From Alphaproteobacteria bacterium (lineage in GTDB: Bacteria > Pseudomonadota > Alphaproteobacteria > UBA828): a stretch of 64,000 bases of DNA. The stretch covers positions 234,553 to 298,552 of the forward strand of contig CAXXVO010000017.1 of assembly GCA_963422645.2 (NCBI GenBank). Direction: 5' to 3'. Of this stretch, positions 1 through 10,329 are shown one piece after another. The notes under the pieces are model-generated. The model was not told the DNA's origin and did not search any database. It saw only the letters and a program-made list of their open reading frames with translations. The first letter of the stretch is position 1, and every line of letters begins with the position of its first letter. A program made the translations under genes and the position numbers.

Positions 1-1168
1 GTGCGATCCCCGCGCGGGCAAGAAGGCTGCGGCTGATCGAGATCTGATCGCCGTAGTCGAGCACGGCATGGCGCGCTTTCTCGGCTCCGTAGAAGCCGAG
101 ATGGCGGGCCGCAATCTCGATCAGGGCGGCAGTGCTTTCGGCAACGCGGGCGGCGTTCCAACGTTCGACGCACGCGACGACCCTCTCCTGCTCCAGGCCG
201 AGCGCCTCTGTGGCGTCCGGGTGCGCATCGCCGAGCTTCTTGGTGACGAGGCTCTGGAGAGGGCCGCCGTCCTCACGCAAAAAGGCGCGGCGGTAGGCAC
301 CGAACCCCGCCGTCCGACCATCATGGTCCGCGTTTAGCCACGTCGCGATCTTCTGTGCCCGTCTCTGGTCCGTCACTGTCCCACCGTCGAGGACGCGGGC
401 GGCTCTGGTCAGCCTCGCCCCATCGAACGCGTCCTCGGCGCACACCTCGGCGAGCACGCTTTCGGGCGTTGCCCCCTCGGCCACAGCGAGGCGTTCCCGC
501 ATTGCCGCGATGGCGCCGGCGGTGCCGCCATGACGCTCCAGCACGGCTGCGAAACGATCCCGCGTACTGCTCACGTCCGCCAGCAGGGCGCCGAAACCTT
601 CTTCGCCGATGACCGCAGTCATCGCGGCGAGGGCGGAGGCAAGGGCATCGTCAACGCCGGGTCGGGCGGCGTGCAGCAGACGCGCGCGGGCCGCGCCCAG
701 CAGCGTGGTGCTCATGCGCTCGTCGGCGATCTCGAAATTCGGCGCGACGCCCGCCTCCAGCGGGAAGCGCCGCAGCAGCGACTGGCAGAAGGCGTGGATG
801 GTCTGGATCTTGAGCCCGTCGGGCACGTCGAGCACGGCGGCAAAGAGGCGGCGCGCTCGGTCGAGCATGGAGCGCCGGGGCGGGGCGCCGGTCAGCACGG
901 TCAACGCGGCCGAAAGCGCCTCGTCGTCCGCGACGGTCCAGCCCGCAAGCTCGCGCGTGATCCTGAGTGCCATCTCGGCGGCGGCAGCGCGGGTGAAGGT
1001 GAGGCAAAGGATTCGCTCGGGCGCGGTGCCGCCGAGCAGCAGGCGCAGCACGCGGTCTGTCAGCACCTTGGTCTTGCCCGTTCCCGCCGAGGCGCCGACC
1101 CAGACCGAGGCACCGGGGTCCGACGCCCTGTGCTGGGCCGGCGTCATCCCGGGCACGCGCGCGGCCAT
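1..1168 (-). CDS. addA: Double-strand break repair helicase/nuclease AddA, 5' part (continues beyond window start)
   Basis: Manual translation from ATG 1168: MAARVPGMTPAQHRASDPGASVWVGASAGTGKTKVLTDRVLRLLL...ILCLTFTRAAAAEM (UvrD-type Walker A and motif Ia). Start overlaps the addB stop. Confidence 0.93.
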   Translation of the reverse strand, partial: MAARVPGMTPAQHRASDPGASVWVGASAGTGKTKVLTDRVLRLLLGGTAPERILCLTFTRAAAAEMALRITRELAGWTVADDEALSAALTVLTGAPPRRSMLDRARRLFAAVLDVPDGLKIQTIHAFCQSLLRRFPLEAGVAPNFEIADERMSTTLLGAARARLLHAARPGVDDALASALAAMTAVIGEEGFGALLADVSSTRDRFAAVLERHGGTAGAIAAMRERLAVAEGATPESVLAEVCAEDAFDGARLTRAARVLDGGTVTDQRRAQKIATWLNADHDGRTAGFGAYRRAFLREDGGPLQSLVTKKLGDAHPDATEALGLEQERVVACVERWNAARVAESTAALIEIAARHLGFYGAEKARHAVLDYGDQISISRSLLARAGIA

Positions 1169-4152
1169 CAGTTGTCACTGCCGGGCACCGACCACTCCTT
1201 GTGCCGGGCGAGGTGGGCATAGTCGTTCCAGCGTGGGGCGAGTGCCGGGCGGGGCACCGGATGATAGGGGGTTGCCGGATCGTCGAAACGGGCGATCAAC
1301 GCACGCAGGCCGTCCGCTGCTGCGTCCGCGAGCGCGCCCGCATCGCCGCCGATCGCGGTGATCTCGCCGGCGGTCTCGGCGCCGCTCAGCTTCCAGTAGG
1401 CGAGCGCCGCGACGTCAGCCGCAGCAACGCCTTTGAAACCGCCCGCCTCGGCAATCGCGGCCTCCAACGAGAGTTGCGGGCACCGGCCTTCGGTAACGTG
1501 TTTCTTTGGCGGAGTGCCGCCGGTCTTGTAGTCGATGATCTCCAGCGCGCCTGCTTCCGAGCGGTCGATCCGATCGGCCTTCGCCGTGAGGCGGAAAGGA
1601 CCTGCCGGCCCCTCCAGGTCGAGGACGCCCTCCACCTCGGTCGCGAGCGGCAGCAAACCGGGTCGGCGATCCCGTTCGGTGTCGACAAACCAGCGCGCAA
1701 GCCGCTCGAAGCGCGGCAACCAGAAGGCGAGCACGCCGGGCCGCGCACCTGCCGCCTCGAAGTGCGCCCGGCCGAGCTCCAGCAAGCGCGCCTCGACATC
1801 CGTAGGCAGCGCGTCCCCGTGTTCCCGCACGAAAGCGTCCAAAATCCGGTGGATGATGCTGCCGCGCTCCGCCGCGCTCGGGTCCGCGTCAACGGGGTCG
1901 AGCTTGAAGAGGCGAAGGATGTCGCGCGCATAGATGGAATAGGGGTCGCCGATCCAGGTCTCGATCCGCGTGACCGAGAGGCGCCTGGGCCGTGCTCTAA
2001 CCGGCGGCGCGGGTGCCGGCGCTGGGCGCGGGCCGGGCAGTTCCGCCGGCCGGTCCAGGGCATGCCACCAGGTGAGCAGCGCCGGATTCATGGCGCGGAG
2101 CGCTGATGCTCTCTCCGGCCCGATGGCCAGCAAGGCATCGAGACGCTGGAGCCAGCGCGCGGGGATGGTCGGCGTGCCTTCGATGCGTCGCGCCCGCGTC
2201 AGATAGACCTCTTGTGTCCCACAGCATTGAACGAAGTCGTGGGCGGAGAGCCCGATGCGAAGCTCTGGCGGCGGCAGTCCGAAGTCCGCGCGCATAGGGC
2301 GGCTCATCCAGGGATCGCCCGCAGCCGCCGGCGGCCAGACCCCCTCGTTCAGCCCGCCCAGGATCATGCAGTCCGCGTGCTGCAAGCGGGCTTCCAGCGG
2401 GCCCCAGACTTGCAGGCGCGGGTGGCGGCCGAAGGCCGGGCGGACCACATGGTCCTCCATCAGCGCATCGAGCAGCGCCGGATAGTGGGTCGGCGCCACC
2501 GGCGGCAGCGCCGGCGCCGCCTCCAGGAGCCCGGCGACGAAGCGCGCCGCCTGCGCGCCGGCCTCACCCGACCAGAGCCGGGCGGGCCCGGCTTCGTCAG
2601 CAGTGGCCGCGAGCCATTCCGCGAACTCCACGTGGGCTTGCAGGAGCTTGCGCAGGTCGGCCTCGGGCAGCGCCATGAGGGCGGCGAAGGGCGCGGCGGC
2701 GACTTCCAGCCCTTCGAGCCAGGTGCGGATGGCAGCGTCGCCCTCCTTCAGCGCTGACCGCAGGCCGCTGAAGCCGGGCGCAGGCCGCGGGCCGCGCAGG
2801 ATCGCTGATTCCATCGCCCGCACGGAATCGCGGAACGCGGCAGGCCGTTGGCCGCCAGCCGCGAGCGGATGCTTGAGCGCGGCCAGCAGCGGGACCGGCG
2901 CGGCCTCCTCGGCAATCATGCGCGCGGAGAGCCGCAGAAAGGCGCCGGGCGCCGTCTCCCCCAGCGGCTCGCCGGCGGAATCGTCCACCTCGATCCGCCA
3001 GCGCCTGAGCTCCGCCGCCACCCTGCGGGCCAGTGCGCGGTCCGCCGTCACCAGCGCTGCGGTGCGGCCCGGCATCTCCAGCGCGCGGCGCATGACGATG
3101 GCGATGACGCCCGCTTCCTCTTGCGGGCTCGCGCAGTCGATCCGGTGGAGGTCGCGGAGCGCGTCGGGTGCCGGCGGCGGCAGCGTGCGCCATGCGGTGA
3201 TGGTCTCCGCCGGGCGCATGGCGTCGGCGATCAGCCGCGAACGGGCGCGGGCGGCGGCGGTACCCGCCCCATCGCCGCCCGGCCAAGGCTCAACGTCCTC
3301 GCGCGCTATGCCGATATGGTCGATCAGCCCTTTGAGTGCGTACTGCGGGTGGGTGGCGCCGATGGCTTCCCAGGTCTCGTCGTCGGCCTCCGTGTTGAGG
3401 CCGGGGAGGACGACGGCACCCTGCGGCAGGCGCGCGACGGTAGCCAGCAGGTCGCGCGTGGCCGGCACGCTCCCGGTGGAGCCTGCGGCGATCACCGGAT
3501 ACGCCGGCGGCTCCGCTGCCCATTGCGCGGCGAGGGCTTCCAGCAGGGCGTTGCGGCGCGCGGCCGGGTCCATCAGGCCCCGCTCCGCCAGATGTTCCGG
3601 CCACGTGTCCATGATGATCGCGAGGAAACTCAGCACCTGTTGCCAATGCGTCGCGTATTCCTCCGGTGCGAGGTCGCCGAGTCCAAGTGGGTTGCGCCGG
3701 GCGATCTGGATTTCGTCGAGCAGGTCTGCAAGCGCGCGCGCGAGCCGCGCGGCTTGATCCACCGCGCTTGCGCCGATCAGCGCCGCGCCGCCTGGCGTCT
3801 CGCCCAGCCTCTGGATCAGGCGAGTGAGTTGCAGCCGGCGCTCTAGCGGCGAGACAGCGTCTGGCAGGGTCTCGTCCTCTTCGTCGCCGAGGCTCGGCTC
3901 GTCCTCGTCGATGTCGCCGAGCGGGCGGATGCGCGGCGGCAGCAGGGCTTGCCCCGGCGCTGCGCGCAGGAAGGCGAGTCCAAGCGCCCGGCAGGCGCGT
4001 CGCGTCGGCAGCAGGATGGTGAGCCGGCTCAGTGCCAGCGGGTCGCTGGGGTCTAGCGGTACTGCCCGGCCCGACAGGATGCCGCCTGCAAGCGCATCGA
4101 CGAACGACGCGTAGGGCGGCACCGTGTAGACGGTGGGCGCTCCCTTGCTCAT
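1168..4152 (-). CDS. addB: Double-strand break repair protein AddB
   Basis: 994 aa; LLPTRRA N-terminal motif; C-terminal PD-(D/E)xK nuclease (KADRID...IIDYKTG); next to addA. Confidence 0.95.
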   Translation of the reverse strand: MSKGAPTVYTVPPYASFVDALAGGILSGRAVPLDPSDPLALSRLTILLPTRRACRALGLAFLRAAPGQALLPPRIRPLGDIDEDEPSLGDEEDETLPDAVSPLERRLQLTRLIQRLGETPGGAALIGASAVDQAARLARALADLLDEIQIARRNPLGLGDLAPEEYATHWQQVLSFLAIIMDTWPEHLAERGLMDPAARRNALLEALAAQWAAEPPAYPVIAAGSTGSVPATRDLLATVARLPQGAVVLPGLNTEADDETWEAIGATHPQYALKGLIDHIGIAREDVEPWPGGDGAGTAAARARSRLIADAMRPAETITAWRTLPPPAPDALRDLHRIDCASPQEEAGVIAIVMRRALEMPGRTAALVTADRALARRVAAELRRWRIEVDDSAGEPLGETAPGAFLRLSARMIAEEAAPVPLLAALKHPLAAGGQRPAAFRDSVRAMESAILRGPRPAPGFSGLRSALKEGDAAIRTWLEGLEVAAAPFAALMALPEADLRKLLQAHVEFAEWLAATADEAGPARLWSGEAGAQAARFVAGLLEAAPALPPVAPTHYPALLDALMEDHVVRPAFGRHPRLQVWGPLEARLQHADCMILGGLNEGVWPPAAAGDPWMSRPMRADFGLPPPELRIGLSAHDFVQCCGTQEVYLTRARRIEGTPTIPARWLQRLDALLAIGPERASALRAMNPALLTWWHALDRPAELPGPRPAPAPAPPVRARPRRLSVTRIETWIGDPYSIYARDILRLFKLDPVDADPSAAERGSIIHRILDAFVREHGDALPTDVEARLLELGRAHFEAAGARPGVLAFWLPRFERLARWFVDTERDRRPGLLPLATEVEGVLDLEGPAGPFRLTAKADRIDRSEAGALEIIDYKTGGTPPKKHVTEGRCPQLSLEAAIAEAGGFKGVAAADVAALAYWKLSGAETAGEITAIGGDAGALADAAADGLRALIARFDDPATPYHPVPRPALAPRWNDYAHLARHKEWSVPGSDN

Positions 4153-4892
4153 CCACTTTCTCCGCCCCGTTCGCGGGTGAGGTAGCGCTCGGCGGCTTCG
4201 AGGCCGTCCAGCGAGCCGACGTGGAGCATGTGGCCGCGATGCTCCAACCCGAAGAGGCGGCCCGTGAGGATCGCCTCGTCATAGTGGCGGTTGAGCGAGT
4301 AGGCGCCGGCGGGCGCATCCGCAAAGAGACGGGGGTGTAGGACTTGCGTGCCGGTGAAGACGAAGGGCGCGGCCGGCGCCCTGCCGCGCCGGCTGAGCCG
4401 CCCGTCCTCATGGCGGAAGAAGTCGCCCGCGCCGTCGTAGCCCAGCGCGCGGGGCAGGGGGCAGATGAGGAGGAGCGCATCCATCGCCTCACCGTCCCAG
4501 GCCGCGGCCAGGCATGGCAGCGCCGGTGGGCCGCCCTCCGCCAAGACGACGTCGCTGTTCACGACATAGAACGCGTCATCGCCGAGCCATGGGAGCGCGC
4601 GGCGCACGCCACCGCCGGTCTCCAGCCGCTCTTCTTCGCGCGAGAAGCGAATGCCGGGCGTGCCAAGCCGCTCCGTATGCGCGGCGAGGAAGGACTCGAT
4701 CTGCGCCGCCAGGTGATGGGTGTTGACGACGATGTCGTCCACGCCGGCCCGTTCCAGGCTCTCCAGGGCGTGGGCGATGAGCGGCTTGCCGGCGACCCGA
4801 ACGAGCGGCTTCGGAATCGTCTCACTCACCGCGCGCATGCGCGTGCCCAGGCCCGCCGCGAGCACCATCCCTCGCGAGGGCCGGGCGCTCAC
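4149..4892 (-). CDS. murU: Nucleotidyltransferase (MurNAc-1-P uridylyltransferase-like)
   Basis: MVLAAGLGTRMR...PKPL and LETGGG motifs; GTG start overlaps the upstream stop; conserved amgK-murU-addB order. Confidence 0.85.
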   Translation of the reverse strand: MSARPSRGMVLAAGLGTRMRAVSETIPKPLVRVAGKPLIAHALESLERAGVDDIVVNTHHLAAQIESFLAAHTERLGTPGIRFSREEERLETGGGVRRALPWLGDDAFYVVNSDVVLAEGGPPALPCLAAAWDGEAMDALLLICPLPRALGYDGAGDFFRHEDGRLSRRGRAPAAPFVFTGTQVLHPRLFADAPAGAYSLNRHYDEAILTGRLFGLEHRGHMLHVGSLDGLEAAERYLTRERGGESG

Positions 4893-5899
4893 GGTGCGGG
4901 ACTCCGCACCTGCGGCGGGACCCAGCGGTCGAACCAGGCCCGCACCGGGGCGAGCGAGGGATGGACGAGATCGGCATCGAGGTGCTGCCACACCCTCGGC
5001 AAATGGGCGAGATAGCCGGGTTTGTTGTCCCGCTTCGCCAGCCGGTGGAAGACGCCGATGATCCGCACCGCACGCTGCGCGCCGAGAATGGCGTACGCCG
5101 CACGGAACGCAGCCTCATCGAGGTTGGGCGACGCGTTCAGATAGCGCGCGACCATCGCCGCCTCCAGGCCGGCGCCGAGGTCACGCCGCGCGTCCTGCAG
5201 CAGCGAGACCAGGTCGTATGCCGGAGGGCCTGCGCGCGCGTCCTGAAAATCCAGCAGCCCGACCCGGCCGACCCCCGACGCGCCGCAGTCCCCGTCGCCC
5301 CGCGCCGGAAGCCACATCAGATTGCCGGCGTGAAAGTCGCGCAGGCAGAGCACCGCCGGGCCCCGTATCGCCTCTTCCAGCGGTTCGCACCACGCCGCCT
5401 CGAATTCTGCCGCCATCGAGGACTCCGCCGCATCTCCAATGGCAGTCTCCAGAAAGAGCGAGGCATCGCTCATCAGCCACGCGGGGCCGTAGTGAGGCAG
5501 ATCGGGTGGCATCGGCCGGCGGCGGAGATCGATCAGAATATCGGTCGCCGCCTCGTAGAGCGTGCGTTCCAGGGAGGACGCGTCTGGACCGGCGAGCAGG
5601 GCTGAAAAAGAGTCGTCACCTAAGTCCTCGAGCAGAGCGAAGCCCAGGGCCTCGTCTGAGTCGAAGATTTCAGGGGCGCTGTAGCCCATGTCCCTAAGCA
5701 GCCGCGCGATCCGCGCGAAAGGGCCGATGGAATGCCCGGGCGGAGGGTCGTCCATGAGCACTATCGTGGTATCGCCCCGTGTGAGCCGCTCGTAACGCCG
5801 CGCCGAGGCGTCGCCGGCGAGCGGTCGGTACGCCGCATCGCCCCAGCCTGCGCGCGCTGCGAAGGCCTGGCGCTGCCTCTCGCGCTCGAGATCGCTCAC
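4889..5899 (-). CDS. amgK: Aminoglycoside-phosphotransferase-family anomeric MurNAc/GlcNAc kinase
   Basis: LAGDASARRY, RDFHAGNL and LLDFQDA motifs; lies between tsaE and murU. Confidence 0.85.
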   Translation of the reverse strand: MSDLERERQRQAFAARAGWGDAAYRPLAGDASARRYERLTRGDTTIVLMDDPPPGHSIGPFARIARLLRDMGYSAPEIFDSDEALGFALLEDLGDDSFSALLAGPDASSLERTLYEAATDILIDLRRRPMPPDLPHYGPAWLMSDASLFLETAIGDAAESSMAAEFEAAWCEPLEEAIRGPAVLCLRDFHAGNLMWLPARGDGDCGASGVGRVGLLDFQDARAGPPAYDLVSLLQDARRDLGAGLEAAMVARYLNASPNLDEAAFRAAYAILGAQRAVRIIGVFHRLAKRDNKPGYLAHLPRVWQHLDADLVHPSLAPVRAWFDRWVPPQVRSPAP

Positions 5900-6390
5900 C
5901 CGTCCGCCTCCAGATTTCGCGCGATAGTAACTGCAAGTGTTCGGGCGCGGGGTCCGTGGGGAGTGATCGTGACGAGCCGCGTCTCGTCGTTTTCGCCCGG
6001 CGCGAGGTGCAACTCCAGCCAGTCGGCAGGCATCATGGCACCCAGCTTCTCCGGCCATTCGATCAGCGAGATGGCGTTCGAGAACGCGTCCTCGATGCCG
6101 AGCTCGTAGGCGTCCTCCGGCCCATCCAGGCGGTAGAGGTCGAAGTGCCAGATCGCACCCGCCGCGTGCTCGTAGATCTGCACCAGGGTGAAGGTGGGGC
6201 TTGGAACCTCCTCCTCCGGCCGGCCGAGCCGGGCGCGGATGAAGGCCCTTGCGAAGGCGGTCTTGCCGCTGCCAAGCGGCCCACGGAGCCCAACTACGTC
6301 GCCCGACGCCGCGTGCGGGGCGCTGCGCTGCGCTAGCCGCTCGGTGTCCGCGAGGGCGTCCGCACGCAGGGTGAGGGGCTCGCGCGGCGT
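5896..6390 (-). CDS. tsaE: tRNA t6A biosynthesis ATPase TsaE (start codon uncertain, non-canonical)
   Basis: In-frame GPLGSGKT Walker A, VPSPTFTLVQIY, HFDLYRL and LIEWPE motifs; no ATG/GTG/TTG in frame upstream of Walker A. Confidence 0.9.
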   Translation of the reverse strand, partial: TPREPLTLRADALADTERLAQRSAPHAASGDVVGLRGPLGSGKTAFARAFIRARLGRPEEEVPSPTFTLVQIYEHAAGAIWHFDLYRLDGPEDAYELGIEDAFSNAISLIEWPEKLGAMMPADWLELHLAPGENDETRLVTITPHGPRARTLAVTIARNLEADG

Positions 6391-6427
6391 CGCGCTTTCG
6401 CTCTCCGTGGCGCTCGGCGCCCTATCG

Positions 6428-7723
6428 TCAGTATCGGTAGTGATCGGGCTTGAACGGCCCCTCTTGTGGCACCCCGATGTAAGCGGACTGCTTGTCCGAG
6501 AGCGCGGTCAGCTTCGCACCCAGCTTGCCCAGATGGAGCGCCGCTACCTTCTCGTCGAGGTGCTTAGGCAGGGTGTAGACGCGGTGCTCGTAGCTCGCGT
6601 GGTTCTGCCAGAGCTCCATCTGCGCCAGCACCTGGTTGGAGAACGAGGAGCTCATCACGAAAGAGGGATGACCGGTGGCGCAGCCGAGATTCACGAGACG
6701 GCCCTTGGCCAGCACGATCAGGCGCTTGCCGTCGGGGAACTCGACCTCGTCCACCTGCGGCTTGACCTCGTGCCAGGGGAAGTTGGCCAGCGCGTCGATC
6801 TGAATCTCGGAATCGAAGTGGCCGATGTTACAGACGATGGCGCGGTCCTTCATCTGGCGCATGTGGTCGATGGTGATGACGTCGACGTTGCCGGTGGCGG
6901 TGACGAACACGTCCGCCTCGCCGGCCTTGTCGTCCATGGTCGAGACCTCGTAGCCCTCCATCGCCGCCTGCAGCGCGCAGATCGGGTCGATCTCGGTCAC
7001 GCAGACGCGCGCGCCCTGCCCGCGCAGCGACGCCGCACAGCCCTTGCCGACATCGCCATAGCCGTTCACCACCGCGATCTTGCCCGCGAGCATCACGTCG
7101 GTCGCTCGCTTGATGCCGTCCACGAGGCTCTCGCGACAGCCGTAGAGGTTGTCGAACTTCGACTTGGTGACCGAATCGTTCACGTTGATGGCGGGCGCGC
7201 CCAGGGTGCCCTTCTGCTCCATCTCGTAGAGCCGGAGCACTCCGGTTGTGGTCTCCTCCGAAATCCCCTTGATGTCCGCCATCAGCGAGGGGTGCTCGTC
7301 ATGCATGAACTTGGTGAGGTCGCCGCCGTCATCCAGGATCATGTTGGGGCGCCAGCCGTCAGGGCCCTCGACGGTCCGGTCGATGCACCAGTCGTACTCC
7401 TCCTCGGTCTCACCCTTCCAGGCGAAGACGGGGACGCCGGCATCGGCCATGGCGGCGGCGGCGTGGTCCTGGGTCGAGAAGATGTTGCAGGAGCTCCAGC
7501 GCACCTCCGCGCCCAGCGCCCTCAGCGTCTCGATAAGGACGGCGGTCTGAATCGTCATGTGGAGGCAGCCGGCGATGCGTGCGCCGGCCAGCACCTGCGC
7601 CTCGCCGAACTCTGCGCGGAGCGCCATCAGCCCCGGCATTTCGGTCTCGGCGATGGCGATTTCCTTGCGGCCCCAGCCGGCGAGCGAGAGGTCCTTCACC
7701 TTGTAGTCGGCGCCGTTCGTCAT
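6428..7723 (-). CDS. ahcY: Adenosylhomocysteinase
   Basis: [40 protein letters not shown] motifs; C-terminal HYRY. Confidence 0.98.
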   Translation of the reverse strand: MTNGADYKVKDLSLAGWGRKEIAIAETEMPGLMALRAEFGEAQVLAGARIAGCLHMTIQTAVLIETLRALGAEVRWSSCNIFSTQDHAAAAMADAGVPVFAWKGETEEEYDWCIDRTVEGPDGWRPNMILDDGGDLTKFMHDEHPSLMADIKGISEETTTGVLRLYEMEQKGTLGAPAINVNDSVTKSKFDNLYGCRESLVDGIKRATDVMLAGKIAVVNGYGDVGKGCAASLRGQGARVCVTEIDPICALQAAMEGYEVSTMDDKAGEADVFVTATGNVDVITIDHMRQMKDRAIVCNIGHFDSEIQIDALANFPWHEVKPQVDEVEFPDGKRLIVLAKGRLVNLGCATGHPSFVMSSSFSNQVLAQMELWQNHASYEHRVYTLPKHLDEKVAALHLGKLGAKLTALSDKQSAYIGVPQEGPFKPDHYRY

Positions 7724-7829
7724 TCTTGGTTCCTTGCCCGCCTGCGCGGCTTACCCGCCTCTGCCGGCGCGGCTTGTAGCACCGCCGCCGGGGGGTCACA
7801 ACAGGCGTCACCCGTCACGGCATGCTGCC

Positions 7830-9632
7830 TCAAGAATCACCGGGAAAGGCGTCGATCAGCTTCGCGATGCGGCCTGCCTCGGTCTGGTTCAGCAACTCCT
7901 CCGCATGACGCGTTGCCACTGCGGCGTCGAGCGCGAGGATGCGTTGCTTCACGCGCGGAACATTCTGCGGCGCCATGGAGAGATCGCGCAGGCCGAACCC
8001 CAGTAACATCGCGGTAAAACGCGGGTTGCCCGCGAGCTCACCGCAGAGATTGACCGGAATGCCGGCCCGCCGGGCGGCATCGGTGGCGAAGCGGATGAGC
8101 CGGAGCACTGCGGGATGGAGGGGGTCGTACAGGTGCGCGACCTGATCGTCGCCGCGGTCGGTCGCGAGCGTGTACATGGTGAGGTCGTTGGTGCCGAGGG
8201 AGAAGAAGTCGCAGGCGTCGGCCAGCGCATCGGCCGCGAGCGCTGCGCCCGGCGTCTCGATCATGATTCCGAGCGGCGGTGCATCGACGATCGCTACTCG
8301 CCTGCGGGTCAGCCGGCGGACCATCTTGTCCACGGCCTTCCGCACCTGCCTGATTTCCTCCACCGAAGTGATCATCGGCACCAGAATGCCCACGGGCCCG
8401 TGGGCGCCGGCGCGCAAAATGGCCGCGATCTGCGCCTCCAGCAGTGCCGGCGCCTTTAGCGAAAGACGGATGGCGCGGAGCCCGAGTGCCGGATTGACGC
8501 TTGGCGCGATGTGCTCGCCGAGGGAGTAGGCGAGCTTGTCCGAACCCACATCGAGGGTCCGCACGGTCACCGGCGCCCCTTCCATGCCGGCGACGATTTC
8601 CTTGAGCGCGACGTACTGCTCGTCCTCGCTCGGCGGCTCCTCTCGGTTCATGTACAGGAACTCGCTGCGCAGAAGCCCGATTCCCTCGGCGCCCGCCTCC
8701 TGCGCCTGCGGCAGCTCATTCGGCAGCTCGATGTTGCATTGCAGGGTGACGCGCGCGCCGTCGGACGAGACGGCCGCGACCCGGCGCAATCGGGCGAGCT
8801 GGCGCTCGCGGCGCTCGAGCGCGCGGCGGCGGCGCTCAAGACGGGCGATCGTCTCCTCGCCGGGGTTGACCACGAGCCCGCCGCGCACGCCGTCCACTGC
8901 CACGATGTCGCCTGAGCGTACGGCACCGACGAGGTCCGCCACCCCTAGCACCGCCGGCAACCCGAGCGAGCGCGCCATGATCGCGGTGTGCCCCTCGGCG
9001 CCGCCGAGCGCTGCGGCGAAGCCGCCGATGCGCGCGGGGTCCATGAGCGCGGTGTCGGCGGGCGTGATCTCCTCGGCGATGATGATGGTGCCGGGAGGCA
9101 GGCCGGAAAACGCCTGGTAGCCCGCCCGGGTCAGGTTGCGCACGAGGCGCGCGCTCGCCTCGCGCACGTCGTCGATCTTGCCCGCGAGATAGGAATCCTC
9201 CATCCCGGCGAAGGCCTGCGCGATCTCCGAAAGCTGCACCTGGACCGCCGCCTCGGCGTTGATGCGCGCATCCCTGATGCGCATCTCGACGCCGCGCACG
9301 AGACGGGAGCCCGAGAGCATCAGGAGGTGCGCATCGAGCAGGTGGCGAAGCTGGCCTGCCACCTCCTCCGGCAGCGCCTCGGCCTGGGCCTGTAGCTGGC
9401 GGATCTGCGCTGCGGAGAGCGCAACGGCGTCGTGGAAGCGCGCGATCTCGGCTTCGACCGCGTCGTCCTCGATGCGGTACTCGGGCACGTCGATGAGGCC
9501 GCGCTCGACCACGTGCGCGGGCCCCACCGCGATGCCGGCGGATACGCCCAGGCCGCTGAAGCGCCGCTCTGGCCGATCCGCCAGTTCAAGGGCCAGAGCC
9601 CACGCGGAGGCGGTGCTTCCTTCAGTCTTCAT
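7830..9632 (-). CDS. ptsI: PEP-protein phosphotransferase (PTS enzyme I, no GAF domain)
   Basis: GHTAIMARSLG phospho-His motif, GIGLLRSEF, NPALGLRAIR and SLGTNDL; about 600 aa. Confidence 0.92.
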   Translation of the reverse strand: MKTEGSTASAWALALELADRPERRFSGLGVSAGIAVGPAHVVERGLIDVPEYRIEDDAVEAEIARFHDAVALSAAQIRQLQAQAEALPEEVAGQLRHLLDAHLLMLSGSRLVRGVEMRIRDARINAEAAVQVQLSEIAQAFAGMEDSYLAGKIDDVREASARLVRNLTRAGYQAFSGLPPGTIIIAEEITPADTALMDPARIGGFAAALGGAEGHTAIMARSLGLPAVLGVADLVGAVRSGDIVAVDGVRGGLVVNPGEETIARLERRRRALERRERQLARLRRVAAVSSDGARVTLQCNIELPNELPQAQEAGAEGIGLLRSEFLYMNREEPPSEDEQYVALKEIVAGMEGAPVTVRTLDVGSDKLAYSLGEHIAPSVNPALGLRAIRLSLKAPALLEAQIAAILRAGAHGPVGILVPMITSVEEIRQVRKAVDKMVRRLTRRRVAIVDAPPLGIMIETPGAALAADALADACDFFSLGTNDLTMYTLATDRGDDQVAHLYDPLHPAVLRLIRFATDAARRAGIPVNLCGELAGNPRFTAMLLGFGLRDLSMAPQNVPRVKQRILALDAAVATRHAEELLNQTEAGRIAKLIDAFPGDS

Positions 9633-9921
9633 CGAAGCCACCGTCCACGAGTGCCGTCAGCGCCGCCAGTGCCGCGTCCGCGTCCCTGCCCGCGGTCTCG
9701 ATCTCGATCTCGCTGCCAGGCCCCGCCACCAGCATCATCAGCCCGAGGATCGAGAGGCCCGAGACCCGCGTGCCGTTGCAGGAGACGGCGACGTCGACTT
9801 CGAAGCGCGAGGCGGTCTTGACGAATTTCGCCGCCGCGCGCGCGTGGAGCCCGCGCCGGTTGCCGATCAGGCATGTGCGGCGGTGGCTCCCTTCGCCGGG
9901 CTTGGTCGCCGCCTCGTTCAC
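9622..9921 (-). CDS. ptsH: HPr/NPr phosphocarrier
   Basis: GLHARAAAKFV (His15) and SILGLMML (Ser46) motifs. Confidence 0.93.
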   Translation of the reverse strand: MNEAATKPGEGSHRRTCLIGNRRGLHARAAAKFVKTASRFEVDVAVSCNGTRVSGLSILGLMMLVAGPGSEIEIETAGRDADAALAALTALVDGGFDED

Positions 9922-10325
9922 GCCTCGTCACCCTCAAGCAGCCGGCCCGCGACGTGGATATAGGTGCGCCCGGCCTCCTGCGCGGCGGCCACGGCGGCGC
10001 GCAGATCGCTGCCCGAGCGCACGCTCGCGAGCTTGATCAGCATCGGCAGGTTTACGCCGGCGATGACCTCGACATTCGCGCCCTCCATGACCGAGATGGC
10101 GAGGTTCGAGGGCGTCCCGCCGAACATATCAGTAAGCACGATCACGCCGTCACCATCATCGGTGGCGCCGATGGCGTCGAGAATGTCCTGGCGGCGCTGC
10201 TCCATGTCGTCGTCGGGGCCGATGCAGATGGCGCGCGTGCGGGGCTGCGGCCCGACGACGTGCTCGGTTGCCGCGACGAACTCCTCGGCGAGCCCTCCGT
10301 GCGTGACCAGAACGATGCCGATCAT
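9918..10325 (-). CDS. PTS EIIA, mannose/fructose type (ManX-like)
   Basis: MIGIVLVTHG...TDMFGGTPSN...GVNLPML. Confidence 0.92.
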   Translation of the reverse strand: MIGIVLVTHGGLAEEFVAATEHVVGPQPRTRAICIGPDDDMEQRRQDILDAIGATDDGDGVIVLTDMFGGTPSNLAISVMEGANVEVIAGVNLPMLIKLASVRSGSDLRAAVAAAQEAGRTYIHVAGRLLEGDEA

Positions 10326-10329
10326 CGAC

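Noticed and set aside
6188-8017. Long antisense or alternative-frame ORFs (e.g. 6188-8017, 17695-20322, 33855-36128, 46503-48965, 47837-49987, 53282-55648)
   Set aside because: Shadow ORFs of real genes caused by high GC and codon bias; no recognisable motifs.
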